A stretch of DNA of 64,000 bases from Candidatus Latescibacterota bacterium (GCA_965248435.1 OZ252100.1:2080001-2144000); one strand, 5' to 3'; counted from the stretch's first letter, positions 28,762 to 42,190 are shown. Notes: generated from the sequence alone by a model not told the origin. Numbers and translations are program-made.

Positions 28762-28902
28762 TTAACTGCCAAACCACGGTCCTGCCCGCCGTTGGATGGG
28801 ATTATTATCGTCGTTCGGATTGGGATTCAGATTCAGGTAGACTTTGGTCACGATCGGCTCCTTCACGATAAGTTGAGAAGCAATTGAATGGATCCTGATC
28901 AT
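28762..28902 (-). CDS. Asn/Asp-rich leader peptide L2, 46 aa (MIRIHSIASQLIVKEPIVTKVYLNLNPNPNDDNNPIQRRAGPWFGS)
   Basis: AAGGAG RBS; 6 Asn + 2 Asp in 11 codons; CAACGGCGGGC pairs with terminator arm GCCCGTCGTTG. Confidence 0.8.
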   Translation of the reverse strand: MIRIHSIASQLIVKEPIVTKVYLNLNPNPNDDNNPIQRRAGPWFGS

Positions 28903-28934
28903 TTCAGTTGATCTCCTTAGGGGGCAATGTTCTG

Positions 28935-28975
28935 AAAAAGAAAAAACCCGCTGTTGATTGGCTCAACGGCGGGTT
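28935..28975 (-). terminator. Attenuator terminator 1 upstream of aspS
   Basis: AACCCGCCGTTGA-loop-TCAACAGCGGGTT followed by TTTTCTTTTT. Confidence 0.85.
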
Positions 28976-28999
28976 ATTGTTTGCGTGTAGGTTATCTGC

Positions 29000-29122
29000 T
29001 CAGGGCAATACAAGATCCCGCCATTGGATGCCATAATTATTGGGGTTGGAATCAGGATTGAATCCCTTGGCTCCGTTCATCAATGCTATCGAAGACAAAC
29101 GGGGTTTACGGCGAGTTATCAT
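29000..29122 (-). CDS. Asn-rich leader peptide L3, 40 aa (MITRRKPRLSSIALMNGAKGFNPDSNPNNYGIQWRDLVLP)
   Basis: AAAGGAG RBS; NPDSNPNN cluster; CAATGGCGGG pairs with terminator arm CCCGCCGTTG. Confidence 0.8.
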   Translation of the reverse strand: MITRRKPRLSSIALMNGAKGFNPDSNPNNYGIQWRDLVLP

Positions 29123-29331
29123 CAGTCAGAATCTCCTTTGGATTGATCGGTTACGGTATACGTACAATAATCGACAAAAATTGTGTAGAGTCAAGATTTT
29201 TCTCAGGACGGGTAGGATTTCGGAGCCTCGGCGTTATATTGGGCCCGGTCTTACGCATTATAGTGCAAGTGCACTGAAAGGAAACGCCCGTGATCGATGA
29301 TCGCCAGCTTGTCGAAGCGAGGTGTTTCTGC

Positions 29332-30198
29332 TTACGAGGTGGTTCTCTGCTTGCGTTGTTGCATCCTAGAATACGACCAGTGACTGAATGTACCTACAAA
29401 CTCGAAGCCGAGATGGGGATACAGATACTTCCCTTGGCCGGAAGCGAATAGTGTCGCAATGTGATAGCCCAATTCATAAGCGAAAGAACATGCGGCAAAG
29501 GTCACAGCGGTTCCTATACCTTGGCGTCGTGCCCTCTTTACGACCCCGACCCCGTACAAACCAGCAACCCCGCCACCGATACACAGCGTAGCGACCCCCA
29601 ATGGCTCGCCTCCCATAGAGGCAACAAAATGCCAAATCCGTCGGGGCTTTTGAGCTGCCATCATTTTAAAACTTTGAAGGCGAGCCCTCCGAAGAGGCGT
29701 CGATATTCGACCTATATCCGGATGTTCATAGTGCTCAAAGATTTCAAATTCGTTCTGGACACCAACCTTGAGCTTCTTTGGGAGGTTGTGGTCCATTGCA
29801 AGACGACTCAAGTCACAAATCATCGGCGATGAACGCGAGTAACAATGGAGCCCATAACTTCTCAAACAATCCTCTATATTGTGGGGCCGCGTACTCGGAC
29901 CTAACATGATATTCAGGAACTGCTCCGCCTCAGCATAGCATCTGAGTATTTCATCGAGGCGCTGTTCCGCTGTCTCACGCTTGAATCGAGGCGATACAAT
30001 CTGGTTGGCTCCTCCTGGTTGTGTCGATAATACCCAGGTAGTATCAGATTCTTTATGAACTTGCCCACCTACAGACCGCGCAGTATGGATGGCGAATTGT
30101 TCGCAGTTCACTTCAGTCGCCCTCGCCAGTTTTTGGGGCGATATATCAACTAAGGGCTTAGGTAGCCGGAATCTGCTTCTTGCGGTCTGGGTAGACAT
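29332..30198 (-). CDS. GNAT N-acetyltransferase
   Basis: VAGLYGVGV...ARRQGIG, L.AS..G..LY..LGF. Confidence 0.8.
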   Translation of the reverse strand: MSTQTARSRFRLPKPLVDISPQKLARATEVNCEQFAIHTARSVGGQVHKESDTTWVLSTQPGGANQIVSPRFKRETAEQRLDEILRCYAEAEQFLNIMLGPSTRPHNIEDCLRSYGLHCYSRSSPMICDLSRLAMDHNLPKKLKVGVQNEFEIFEHYEHPDIGRISTPLRRARLQSFKMMAAQKPRRIWHFVASMGGEPLGVATLCIGGGVAGLYGVGVVKRARRQGIGTAVTFAACSFAYELGYHIATLFASGQGKYLYPHLGFEFVGTFSHWSYSRMQQRKQRTTS

Positions 30199-30313
30199 TA
30201 CTTCTCATTCGATAATGACGCCTAACGGGCTTCGGCCCAACCTGCTGTCGCAGGTTCTCTTACATAATATCACCGGCATCTAGAACTTGCCTGTCCAATT
30301 GTCCCATCTATCG

Positions 30314-31759
30314 CTAAGAATTCACTGCAAGTTCCTCAAGCAGCTTGGCTGTTTCCTTCTGGCCAAAGTATAACGCCCAACCCTTCGGGGTGCTATCATG
30401 GGAACCGTCCTTGAGGGTCAAGTCCGCGTCGCATTCCACCAAGAACTTTACGATTTCGTCATGACCGTTTACTGTGGCAATATGAAGAGGCGTGCCGCCG
30501 GCATACATGTCCTTGTCGTGAGGACGTGCTTGGATGAGTGACGGGTCAGATTTGATAAACAGCTTGACCGCTTGGAGGTCGCCAATAAGAGTAGCTGTGA
30601 AAATGTCGTCAACAACCGCGCCATTCCCCAAAAGTAGATCTACCATCGCACGATCCCCTGCTTTCCAAAAGAGGGGTGTGCGTTTGTGAAACTCATCGCG
30701 AGCGTTGACGTCTGCACCTCGCTCGATGAGAAGCTTCGCTATCTCAGTCGTTTTAGCGTAGTGAAGTGGCCGAGCACCTTCAGGGCCTTTCGTATTAACA
30801 GCATTGGGGTCAGCGTCTAGGAAAGCCTTTACCCGATCAAAGTCGCCCATTTGTGCTGCAGCACAGATGTCTATCTCCGCACCCTTCTCGATGAGGTAGT
30901 CGATCAGTTCGGAGTTTCCCGCTATGATCGCCAGCGATAACGGCGTGAGACCTGCGCTACCCTTGACGTTTACATCTGCCCCGCTTTCGACGAGCTTCTT
31001 GACCACCTCCACGTGACCCTTCCCGCAAGCGACGTGTAGCGCCTGGAAATCCTCATGGTACCACTCAGGCACCGGTCCCTCGGCGGTCGCAAGAGACGGA
31101 TCTCTTGCCAAAAGCGAAGTTACTTTTCCGACGTCCCCTTTGTCTGCTGCAGAGATAATATCCATTACGCGATCCGCGAAAGCCTCGTCTCGGGAAGGTC
31201 TACGTTCGTGAAGCGATTCTTTGACCATTCTAATCATCCTTTGTTTCAATCGTTTTCGTCCCACATGAAGCCGGTTCTTTACACTGCTCAATGGAATGTC
31301 TAGGAACGATGCGATGCTTTTCTGCGGGATCTCAGAGATGTAAAAGAGAGTAATGACTTCTCGCTCTTGCACAGGGAGATTGCCGATCTCCATTCGGATC
31401 CTGCTATGGACTTCCTGCCGGATTAACCTCTGTTCGGGATCGAGATTGTTAGCGGCTACAGCATCCGTCTCAGCAAGAGGAACGATATTGAACCGTTTCC
31501 TTCGAGTAATACGGTCGCATTGCTTCAATGTTATCCGCTTAAGCCATCCGGGAAAAGCAGCCGGTTCTCGAAGTGCTGAGAGGTCCAAATAGGCTGCTAA
31601 GAAGGCCTCCTGCGCCGCATCTTCAGCAAGGTGCAAGTCGCCTAGGACCGTGATAGCGTAGCCTACTACAAGGTCTTGGAACTGACGAACCAAGGACTCG
31701 AAGGCCTTGCTGTCACCAGCCTGAGCACGCAGCACAGTTCTACTTATCGATTCTTGCAT
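30314..31759 (-). CDS. ECF sigma factor with C-terminal ankyrin repeats
   Basis: AEDAAQEAF, FPGWL, SSVKNRLH; ALHVA..GH, TPLSLA, TPLHIA..GH ankyrin motifs. Confidence 0.9.
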   Translation of the reverse strand: MQESISRTVLRAQAGDSKAFESLVRQFQDLVVGYAITVLGDLHLAEDAAQEAFLAAYLDLSALREPAAFPGWLKRITLKQCDRITRRKRFNIVPLAETDAVAANNLDPEQRLIRQEVHSRIRMEIGNLPVQEREVITLFYISEIPQKSIASFLDIPLSSVKNRLHVGRKRLKQRMIRMVKESLHERRPSRDEAFADRVMDIISAADKGDVGKVTSLLARDPSLATAEGPVPEWYHEDFQALHVACGKGHVEVVKKLVESGADVNVKGSAGLTPLSLAIIAGNSELIDYLIEKGAEIDICAAAQMGDFDRVKAFLDADPNAVNTKGPEGARPLHYAKTTEIAKLLIERGADVNARDEFHKRTPLFWKAGDRAMVDLLLGNGAVVDDIFTATLIGDLQAVKLFIKSDPSLIQARPHDKDMYAGGTPLHIATVNGHDEIVKFLVECDADLTLKDGSHDSTPKGWALYFGQKETAKLLEELAVNS

Positions 31760-31972
31760 TGGTTATATCTAGAAATCCTTACAAAAGGCGCCTTCACGAA
31801 TATAGCCCCACTTAGAAGCGAAAAGGTTTGCAGAAATGTGCTAATTGAAGATCGAAATTCCTAATCCATAGAGCGAGGCGTTCAGAAGAAGATGGAGGAT
31901 AAATGACATAACAGAACCCCTACTGTCTGGCAAAACAGAAGGGGCAGAGGGGAGATCTGAGTCAATCACGCT

Positions 31973-32416
31973 TTATTTCGTCGTTTCGCCCCGCAATCTC
32001 CCACCGCTGTAATCGGGGTACTCGTAGCTCTTCAGAACGTTGTCGACTGTATCGGGGCGTGTCCTTCGCTCAGACCTTGCCCGAGGAGGTTGAACTAATC
32101 GCCTCTTCTTACACTTACTTGCCTTTTCAAGGGCCGCCCTCGCCTTCCCAAATACGACCCGGCCGATCGGCTCGTGTTCCCCTTTTATCTGAATGTCACC
32201 ATTCTGGACCACGCCAATATGGAAGTCGTTGGTGAGCATATCGTGTAGGGCCTGCCATGAGAATGGCTTCCCCTTCCGGTTCCTGACGTCCATAATCTTG
32301 AGATATCGCTCGAGCGCCCTTATCTGCCCGAGCTTCAAGAAAGCCCTGAATATCGTCTTCACCTGGGGGGCTTCTTCTGGATGGGGTTTCGATGAATTTC
32401 TGAACGTTCCTTCCAT
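31973..32416 (-). pseudogene. Remnant of a large serine recombinase (recombinase domain only)
   Basis: EEA..VK.IF..F, G.R.R.G..F....L..ML.N..H.G, GEHEPI; no N-terminal catalytic domain. Confidence 0.65.
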
Positions 32417-32474
32417 CTATCTGGTGGCCTCACTGAGCGCCCCCCTCTTGGCAAAAGGCTTCTCGGCTTACTGG

Positions 32475-36255
<3,781 letters not shown>

Positions 36256-36371
36256 AAGAGGTCCCCTTACGGAATTGACACCGGCCAAGGCGTGTGGGTT
36301 CATATGAATGTGCAAGACAGTCAAAGAAATTCGAGTCCCATCTGCCCCGCGGTCACTTCAAGGTTCTGAAC

Positions 36372-36400
36372 TTGACTTTGCTCGGAGCTATCCTTACCAT
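36372..36400 (+). promoter_or_regulatory. Sigma70-type promoter for the ABC-F gene
   Basis: TTGACT-17 nt-TACCAT. Confidence 0.6.
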
Positions 36401-36452
36401 TTACAACAAGAGCAAGTTCTTTCCTACCTAGAAATCGAAAAGAGGTCTTGGG

Positions 36453-36473
36453 ATGGGTATCAGGATTAATTGA
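36453..36473 (+). CDS. Putative uORF/leader peptide MGIRIN
   Basis: AAGAGGT RBS; lies in a ~320-nt leader that also contains a terminator. Confidence 0.4.
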   Translation: MGIRIN

Positions 36474-36625
36474 TTCCTGGAGGTTCTTAGACTCCCTGGA
36501 ATGGCTCTGTCGGAGGGCTCGGCAGATCCGGTCTTTGGGGGGTTGATCTCCTCCGGGAAGTTCGGCTAGTCAGACGGCCTTCTTACGTGCTGGGGAGATG
36601 GAACCTCTTTTAGATATAGCATCCA

Positions 36626-36652
36626 AGCCATCCTCACCTGGATGGCTTTTTT
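36626..36652 (+). terminator. Leader terminator upstream of ABC-F
   Basis: AAGCCATCC-loop-GGATGGCTTTTTT. Confidence 0.75.
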
Positions 36653-36720
36653 GATGTTTCAGAGGATAGACCACTGCATTGAGAAGGGAGCAGTGGTCTT
36701 TTCTTTTAGGAGATGGGCTT

Positions 36721-38283
36721 GTGCTTCAGGTAAACAATCTATCCTATTCGTTCGGGACACTCAAGCTTCTGGACTCCGTGTCTCTCGGCTTGAACGCGGG
36801 CCAGGTGATCGCAATTGTCGGACCAAACGGCTCTGGCAAATCGACCCTGCTCAAATGCATCGTTGGCGAAATAGCAGACTACGATGGAAATGTGGTCTTT
36901 CAACGAAATGTGGAGGTGTCATACCTTTCCCAGAAGCCTGACCAGAATTTCGACGAGAGCGCTTTTCAGCGGATTCTTTCGTTCTCTCCTGGGATCTTGA
37001 ATATCTATCGTGAAATGCAACAAGGAGACTACGGGAGCGTTCAAGATTACAGCGAAATGGGAGGATACGCGAAGGAGGAAATGGGAAGGCTCTATGCCGA
37101 GAATTTTCAACTGGTCGATATCCTGGAAGAACCTTATAACACCCTATCGTTGGGACAAAGGAGGAAGGTAGATATCGTTGGCGTCTTGGTATCAGATGCT
37201 GACTTAGTGCTTATGGACGAACCCATAAACTTCCTTGATATACGGGGCATCACAGCATTTGAAGAAACCTTGTTACTGAAAAAGGAGAATGGCAAGGCCT
37301 TCGTCATCATCAGCCACGATAGAGAGCTTATCGATAGCCTCGCCGACACTACAATCTTCTTAGAACGAGGGAAACTGTTCAAAGTCCACGGGGGCTATTC
37401 ATTGGCCCTCGAGCACAAAGAGAGAGAATTCCAGGCAAGGTTTGATAAGGCAAACGTTCTGCGGAATAAGATCCAGGCGCTCCAGGAGGATATGAGGAGA
37501 AAGATGGGATGGGGTATTCAACGTGAGAATGAGAGCATCGACTCCTCAAGCCGCAGACTCGCCCGAAAGATGATGAAACGTTCAAAGGCTGTTGAAGGGC
37601 GTATGCAGAAGAAGACCGAGGAGCTGGAACAAGAAAAGCCCTGGATCGAGAAGGAGGTCGCGCTGAGTTTTCCAGAGTACCCTATCGCTAATCGGTCGGT
37701 CGCGGCGTTAGAGAATGTTTCAAAATGTTATGGAGAAAATGTGGTGCTTACGAATTTGACGCTCTCTTTAAGAACCACGGACAGAGTATCGGTTATTGGC
37801 CCAAATGGATCAGGAAAGACCACCCTACTCCGCATTCTTGCTGGGGAAGTCACTCCGGACTCTGGCCTGCTTCGACCTAGCAGAAACAGAAATATCGGAT
37901 ATGTGCCTCAGGGCTTAGCAGGATTTTATGACCACAACATTTTCCTGAATAACTTCCAAATCTCGGGGGTAGACCAAAGCGTGATCAGACAGTTCCTTGG
38001 CGGGGCGAAGTTAAGCGGAGAGAAGGTACTCCAGTCGATTAAGACTCTGAGCTACGGAGAACTGATGCGGGGTGCAATCGTAAAAATGATTTTGGAGAAA
38101 GTAGAGTTCCTCCTTCTAGACGAGCCGACTGCCCATCTGGATATTGAGTCAGTAGAGGTGCTCGAGAAATTGCTAACAGCATTCGCCGGGGGGTTTGTTC
38201 TCGTGAGTCACGATAGACGGCTCATCTCCAATGTATCCGATGAGATCTATCAACTGAGTTCGGGTCGGCTGGAGAGGATGTAG
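36721..38283 (+). CDS. ABC-F family ATPase, candidate ribosome-protection protein
   Basis: Two NBDs (GPNGSGKS, GPNGSGKT; LSLGQ, LSYGE; DEP; SHDR), no TM segments, long helical inter-NBD linker; AGGAG RBS before GTG 36721. Confidence 0.88.
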   Translation: MLQVNNLSYSFGTLKLLDSVSLGLNAGQVIAIVGPNGSGKSTLLKCIVGEIADYDGNVVFQRNVEVSYLSQKPDQNFDESAFQRILSFSPGILNIYREMQQGDYGSVQDYSEMGGYAKEEMGRLYAENFQLVDILEEPYNTLSLGQRRKVDIVGVLVSDADLVLMDEPINFLDIRGITAFEETLLLKKENGKAFVIISHDRELIDSLADTTIFLERGKLFKVHGGYSLALEHKEREFQARFDKANVLRNKIQALQEDMRRKMGWGIQRENESIDSSSRRLARKMMKRSKAVEGRMQKKTEELEQEKPWIEKEVALSFPEYPIANRSVAALENVSKCYGENVVLTNLTLSLRTTDRVSVIGPNGSGKTTLLRILAGEVTPDSGLLRPSRNRNIGYVPQGLAGFYDHNIFLNNFQISGVDQSVIRQFLGGAKLSGEKVLQSIKTLSYGELMRGAIVKMILEKVEFLLLDEPTAHLDIESVEVLEKLLTAFAGGFVLVSHDRRLISNVSDEIYQLSSGRLERM

Positions 38284-38371
38284 CGCCCGCGGATATTGGA
38301 TATATTGATATGACGCTGGCTTAGAGTCGTCCAGATGTGTGCTTTTTCGAAATACGAGATACGGATTCAGG

Positions 38372-39178
38372 CTATCTAATGCCGAGCACGTCACGCATAT
38401 CGTAAAACCCGGGCGCAGCCTTCGCCGCGAATCTGACTGCCCGAAGCGCGCCGACACCGAACGCATCGCGACTCTGTGCGCGATGCACCAGCTGGATCAC
38501 CTCGCCGATCCCTCCCATCGTCACGATGTGCTCCCCGACGATGTCCCCGGCGCGGATCGCGTGCACCCCGATCTCCTTCTGTGTCCGCGCGCCCGTATCT
38601 CCGTGACGTCCATACACGCCCACTTCGTCCAGGTTTCGGTCCAGCCCCGCGGCAGCCGCCTTTGCGAGTGCGAGTGCCGTCCCGCTCGGCGCGTCCGTCT
38701 TGAACCGGTGATGGGACTCCACAATCTCGACGTCATACTCTGCACCAAGAATTCGCGTTGCCTCCTCTACCAGCTGAGTAAGCAGCGTCACGCCCACCGT
38801 GAAGTTCGGGGCGAGCACACACGCGACATCCCGGACGGCCTCCTTGAGCGTCCCCAGCTGGGCCTCCGACAGGCCGGTCGTTCCTATGACCATTGCCTTA
38901 CCTGCTGCCCCGGTCACTTTCGCGGCCTCGACCGTGCCGTCCGGCGGCGCGGTGAAGGCCACAACGACGTCGGCCTGCCCCACCACCTGCTTTGGGTCTT
39001 CCACGACCTGGAAGCCGAGAGGCTTCGCGCCGATCACCTCGCCCGCATCACGTCCCACCGTCGGGTTTCCCGCCGCCTCGACGCCTCCCGAAACATCGAT
39101 ATCGTCAGACTCCAACGCAAGGTGTGCGATCCTGCCGCACATCCGCCCGGCGATTCCACAGATTGCGATCTTGATCAT
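38372..39178 (-). CDS. dapB: 4-hydroxy-tetrahydrodipicolinate reductase
   Basis: G..GRM, IGTTG, APNF.VG, ESHHRFKTDAPSGTA, RAGDIVGEH. Confidence 0.97.
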   Translation of the reverse strand: MIKIAICGIAGRMCGRIAHLALESDDIDVSGGVEAAGNPTVGRDAGEVIGAKPLGFQVVEDPKQVVGQADVVVAFTAPPDGTVEAAKVTGAAGKAMVIGTTGLSEAQLGTLKEAVRDVACVLAPNFTVGVTLLTQLVEEATRILGAEYDVEIVESHHRFKTDAPSGTALALAKAAAAGLDRNLDEVGVYGRHGDTGARTQKEIGVHAIRAGDIVGEHIVTMGGIGEVIQLVHRAQSRDAFGVGALRAVRFAAKAAPGFYDMRDVLGIR

Positions 39179-39206
39179 AGCGACACCTCATCGAATCAGT
39201 CGATCG

Positions 39207-40997
39207 CTAACCCTTCAACCTCTTCTCCAGCGCGTCGACTTCCGCTCTCATCTCGGCGGGCATCCGGTCACCAAACTTCGAGTAGAATTCACGGATTTCG
39301 GGCAGCTCGGGTAGCCAGTCCTCCGCCCGGACCCTCAAAAGCTCATCCAGGTATTCGTCGGGAAGGTCCAGACCATTTAGATCCAGCCCCTCCCGGCTCG
39401 GCAGCAACCCGATCGGAGTTTCCACAGCCTCGGCTTCGCCCTCGATCCGTTCGCAAATCCACTTGAGCACACGGCTGTTCTCGCCGAATCCGGGCCAGAG
39501 CCAGCTCCCCTCCGAGTCTTTGCGAAACCAGTTCACGAAGAAGATCTTTGGCGCGAGGTCTCCGAGCGTGTTCCCCATGTCCAGCCAGTGATGGAAGTAG
39601 TCACCCATATGGTAGCCGCAGAACGGAAGCATCGCGAAAGGATCCCGGCGGAGCTTTCCGACCGCTCCGGCCGCGGCGGCCGTCGTTTCGGAGCCCATCA
39701 CGGAGCCCATGAAGGCCCCGTGCGTCCAGTTGAACGCCTCGTAGACCAGAGGGACCACACTCGATCTCCGTCCGCCGAATAGGAACCCGGAGATCGGGAC
39801 CCCATCCGGGTTTTCCCAATCCGGGTCGATCACCGGACACTGGGCGGCAGGTGCTGTGTAGCGCGCGTTGGGATTGGATGCAGGCTCACCCAATCCTGTG
39901 TTCCACTCACGGGCCTTCCAGTCCACCAGACCGGAAGGGGGATCGGGCGTCATGTCTTCCCACCAGACATCTCCCTCAGGCGTTTGCGCCGTATTCGTAA
40001 AGATGCTGTTTTCACGCAGCGCGGCCATCGCGTTTCCGTTCGACGTATCGTTCGTTCCGGGAGCCACGCCGAAAAATCCATACTCCGGGTTGATGGCGTA
40101 GAGCCGGCCATCTGGCCCCAAACGCATCCACGCGATGTCATCGCCGACGCATCGCACCTCCCAGCCAGGAATCGTCGGTTGAAGCATGGCCAGATTTGTC
40201 TTTCCACACGCGGAGGGGAACGCGCCGCCCAGGTAATACTTCTTGCCCTCCGGCGACGTCAGACCAATAAGCAGCATGTGTTCCGCCATCCACCCCTCCC
40301 TGCGGGCCAGGCAGGAGGCAATCCGAAGCGCAAAACACTTCTTTCCCAGAAGCGCATTTCCCCCGTAGCCGGACCCGTAAGACCAGATCGAGGGATCCTC
40401 CGGAAAGTGAACGATGTATTTGTTATCTGCATCACACGGCCAGGCCGAGTCTTCTGCCCCGGGTTCGAGAGGGGAACCGACCGAGTGAAGGCAGGGAACG
40501 AACTCGCCTTCGCCAAGTGCCTCCAGCACCGGATCCCCGATTCGCGTCATAATCCGCATACTGCACACCACGTAGGCAGAGTCGGTAATCTCCACCCCGA
40601 CCTTCGAAATCGGCGACCCGATGGGTCCCATCGAGAAGGGGATGACGTACATCGTGCGGCCTCGCATCGCTCCCTCGAACAGACCGTGCAGCATCCGCTT
40701 CATCTCTTCAGGGTCGCGCCAGTTGTTCGTGGGACCGGCATCCTCCTCCTTGAGAGAACAGATAAACGTCCGGTCCTCCACACGTGCCACATCCCCAGGG
40801 TCGGACCGGCACAGAAAACTGTTTGGCCGCAGGTCTGAATTCAGACGAATAAACGTGCCCTTCTGACAGAGCTTCTCTGCAAGACGATCGTACTCTGCCT
40901 GCGAACCGTCGCACCAGTGAACCCCGGCGGGCTTGCAGAGTTGGGTCACTTCATCGACCCAGGCCTTCAATTTGGTATTCGCAGCCATCCATTCCAC
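39207..40997 (-). CDS. pckG: Phosphoenolpyruvate carboxykinase (GTP)
   Basis: [51 protein letters not shown]. Confidence 0.97.
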   Translation of the reverse strand: MEWMAANTKLKAWVDEVTQLCKPAGVHWCDGSQAEYDRLAEKLCQKGTFIRLNSDLRPNSFLCRSDPGDVARVEDRTFICSLKEEDAGPTNNWRDPEEMKRMLHGLFEGAMRGRTMYVIPFSMGPIGSPISKVGVEITDSAYVVCSMRIMTRIGDPVLEALGEGEFVPCLHSVGSPLEPGAEDSAWPCDADNKYIVHFPEDPSIWSYGSGYGGNALLGKKCFALRIASCLARREGWMAEHMLLIGLTSPEGKKYYLGGAFPSACGKTNLAMLQPTIPGWEVRCVGDDIAWMRLGPDGRLYAINPEYGFFGVAPGTNDTSNGNAMAALRENSIFTNTAQTPEGDVWWEDMTPDPPSGLVDWKAREWNTGLGEPASNPNARYTAPAAQCPVIDPDWENPDGVPISGFLFGGRRSSVVPLVYEAFNWTHGAFMGSVMGSETTAAAAGAVGKLRRDPFAMLPFCGYHMGDYFHHWLDMGNTLGDLAPKIFFVNWFRKDSEGSWLWPGFGENSRVLKWICERIEGEAEAVETPIGLLPSREGLDLNGLDLPDEYLDELLRVRAEDWLPELPEIREFYSKFGDRMPAEMRAEVDALEKRLKG

Positions 40998-41003
40998 CCT
41001 TGA

Positions 41004-42035
41004 TTATGTGTAGGCCAGACCTTCAAGGACCGAACGGTCCCCCAGCCGATTGGCGATATCCACTTTAAAAAACCCCTCGATCGGGGCAAACACTTCAGGG
41101 CTATTCGACTGCACCGTTCGGGCAATGCCAAGCACCTTTTCCAGCCCCGCACGGTTCATCCTTCCGAGCGGCCGTCTACAGGGCCCGGCAGGCATCCCGA
41201 GCAGCATCATCAATGTCTTCACGGGAAGAGGATTCCGAGCCTTCACCTCTGTGTTTCCAAACGGCGTCTCCTCTTCCGAAAGCACGCCCACCATCCCGAA
41301 GAGCGGCTTGAGTGCACCTCCGAGTCGCTCCCCCTCTTGCCGGTTCCCCTCGAGAAGGGCCTGCGTGAACTTCTGAATCGGACCTGGAGTGACATTCGAC
41401 ATCACCGAGATCACGCCCGATGCCTTGATTCGATCGTCCGTCATCATGTCGAACGTCTTGTCGTCATCACCTGAGAGGATCGCGAACGCCTCCCCGCAGC
41501 ACTCCCGCGTACGGGCCATGTTCTCCAGGTCTCCCGTCGCCTCCTTGACAGTCGCGACGTTCGGATACGATCGGTTGAGCAGGGCAAGGTCCTCCGGAAG
41601 GAGCTTCGTTCCCGTCCGGCCCGGAATCACGTAGGGGATCATCTGGATCTCTGGGAACGCCTTTGCCACCGGCGCGACGTACTCTTTCCGGATCTCGAGC
41701 GAGCTCGGTCCGTTGTAGTAGGGGTCCACAAGCAGCGCCGTGTCCGCTCCGACGTGCGCGGCGTGCTCCGTTGCCTTCAGGGTCTCCTCCGTCGAATTGC
41801 TCCCCGTACCTGCGATCGCCCTCCCGTGTCCTTTGACGAGCTCGCAGACACGTTCGACCACCTGGTTGTGCTCTTCCCAATTCAGCGTCGGGCTCTCCCC
41901 GGTCGTACCGACTGCCAGGACCCCGCTTACGCCCTCCGAAACCTGAAATTCCACGAGCTTCTCGAGGCCCTTTTCGTCGACGCCCTTGCCAGGGGTAAAC
42001 GGCGTGATCAACGCGGTGTAACATCCACTGAACAT
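41004..42035 (-). CDS. dapA: 4-hydroxy-tetrahydrodipicolinate synthase
   Basis: TALITPF, GTTGESPTL, AGTGSNST, PYYN, KEATG, LSGDD, NPLPVK. Confidence 0.95.
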   Translation of the reverse strand: MFSGCYTALITPFTPGKGVDEKGLEKLVEFQVSEGVSGVLAVGTTGESPTLNWEEHNQVVERVCELVKGHGRAIAGTGSNSTEETLKATEHAAHVGADTALLVDPYYNGPSSLEIRKEYVAPVAKAFPEIQMIPYVIPGRTGTKLLPEDLALLNRSYPNVATVKEATGDLENMARTRECCGEAFAILSGDDDKTFDMMTDDRIKASGVISVMSNVTPGPIQKFTQALLEGNRQEGERLGGALKPLFGMVGVLSEEETPFGNTEVKARNPLPVKTLMMLLGMPAGPCRRPLGRMNRAGLEKVLGIARTVQSNSPEVFAPIEGFFKVDIANRLGDRSVLEGLAYT

Positions 42036-42070
42036 GCTACAACCTCCTCAAAAATATCATATCTCGTCAA

Positions 42071-42190
42071 GCGTATCTCGTCCGATGTATCCCGTCTTTC
42101 AAAAAGACGATCACGAGAATATGACACGAATTCTTCGGAACTAGGAACTGGCGAGGTGACGAGCCCGCGAGATACGATACGAGATACGCT
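42071..42190. repeat. ~120-bp MITE-like element, copy 1
   Basis: Terminal inverted repeat GCGTATCTCG...CGAGATACGC; diverged copy at 49946-50061. Confidence 0.6.

Noticed and set aside
28680-29200. T-box riboswitch upstream of aspS
   Set aside because: No T-box consensus (GGTGGNACCGCG) precedes either terminator; leader peptides explain the region better.
30220-30290. attC-like GCCTAAC followed by small hairpins upstream of the GNAT gene
   Set aside because: No matching GTT end and only slight similarity to the attC family; at most an eroded remnant.
31973-32416. Integron integrase for the cassette array
   Set aside because: The fragment resembles a serine recombinase domain, not a tyrosine recombinase; no intI is seen in the window.
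38339-39466. Long plus-strand ORF (375 aa), and similar ones at 50225-51571, 46669-47745, 39984-40838
   Set aside because: Antisense shadows of GC-rich genes (dapB, IS3, peptidase fusion, pckG) with no recognisable motifs.
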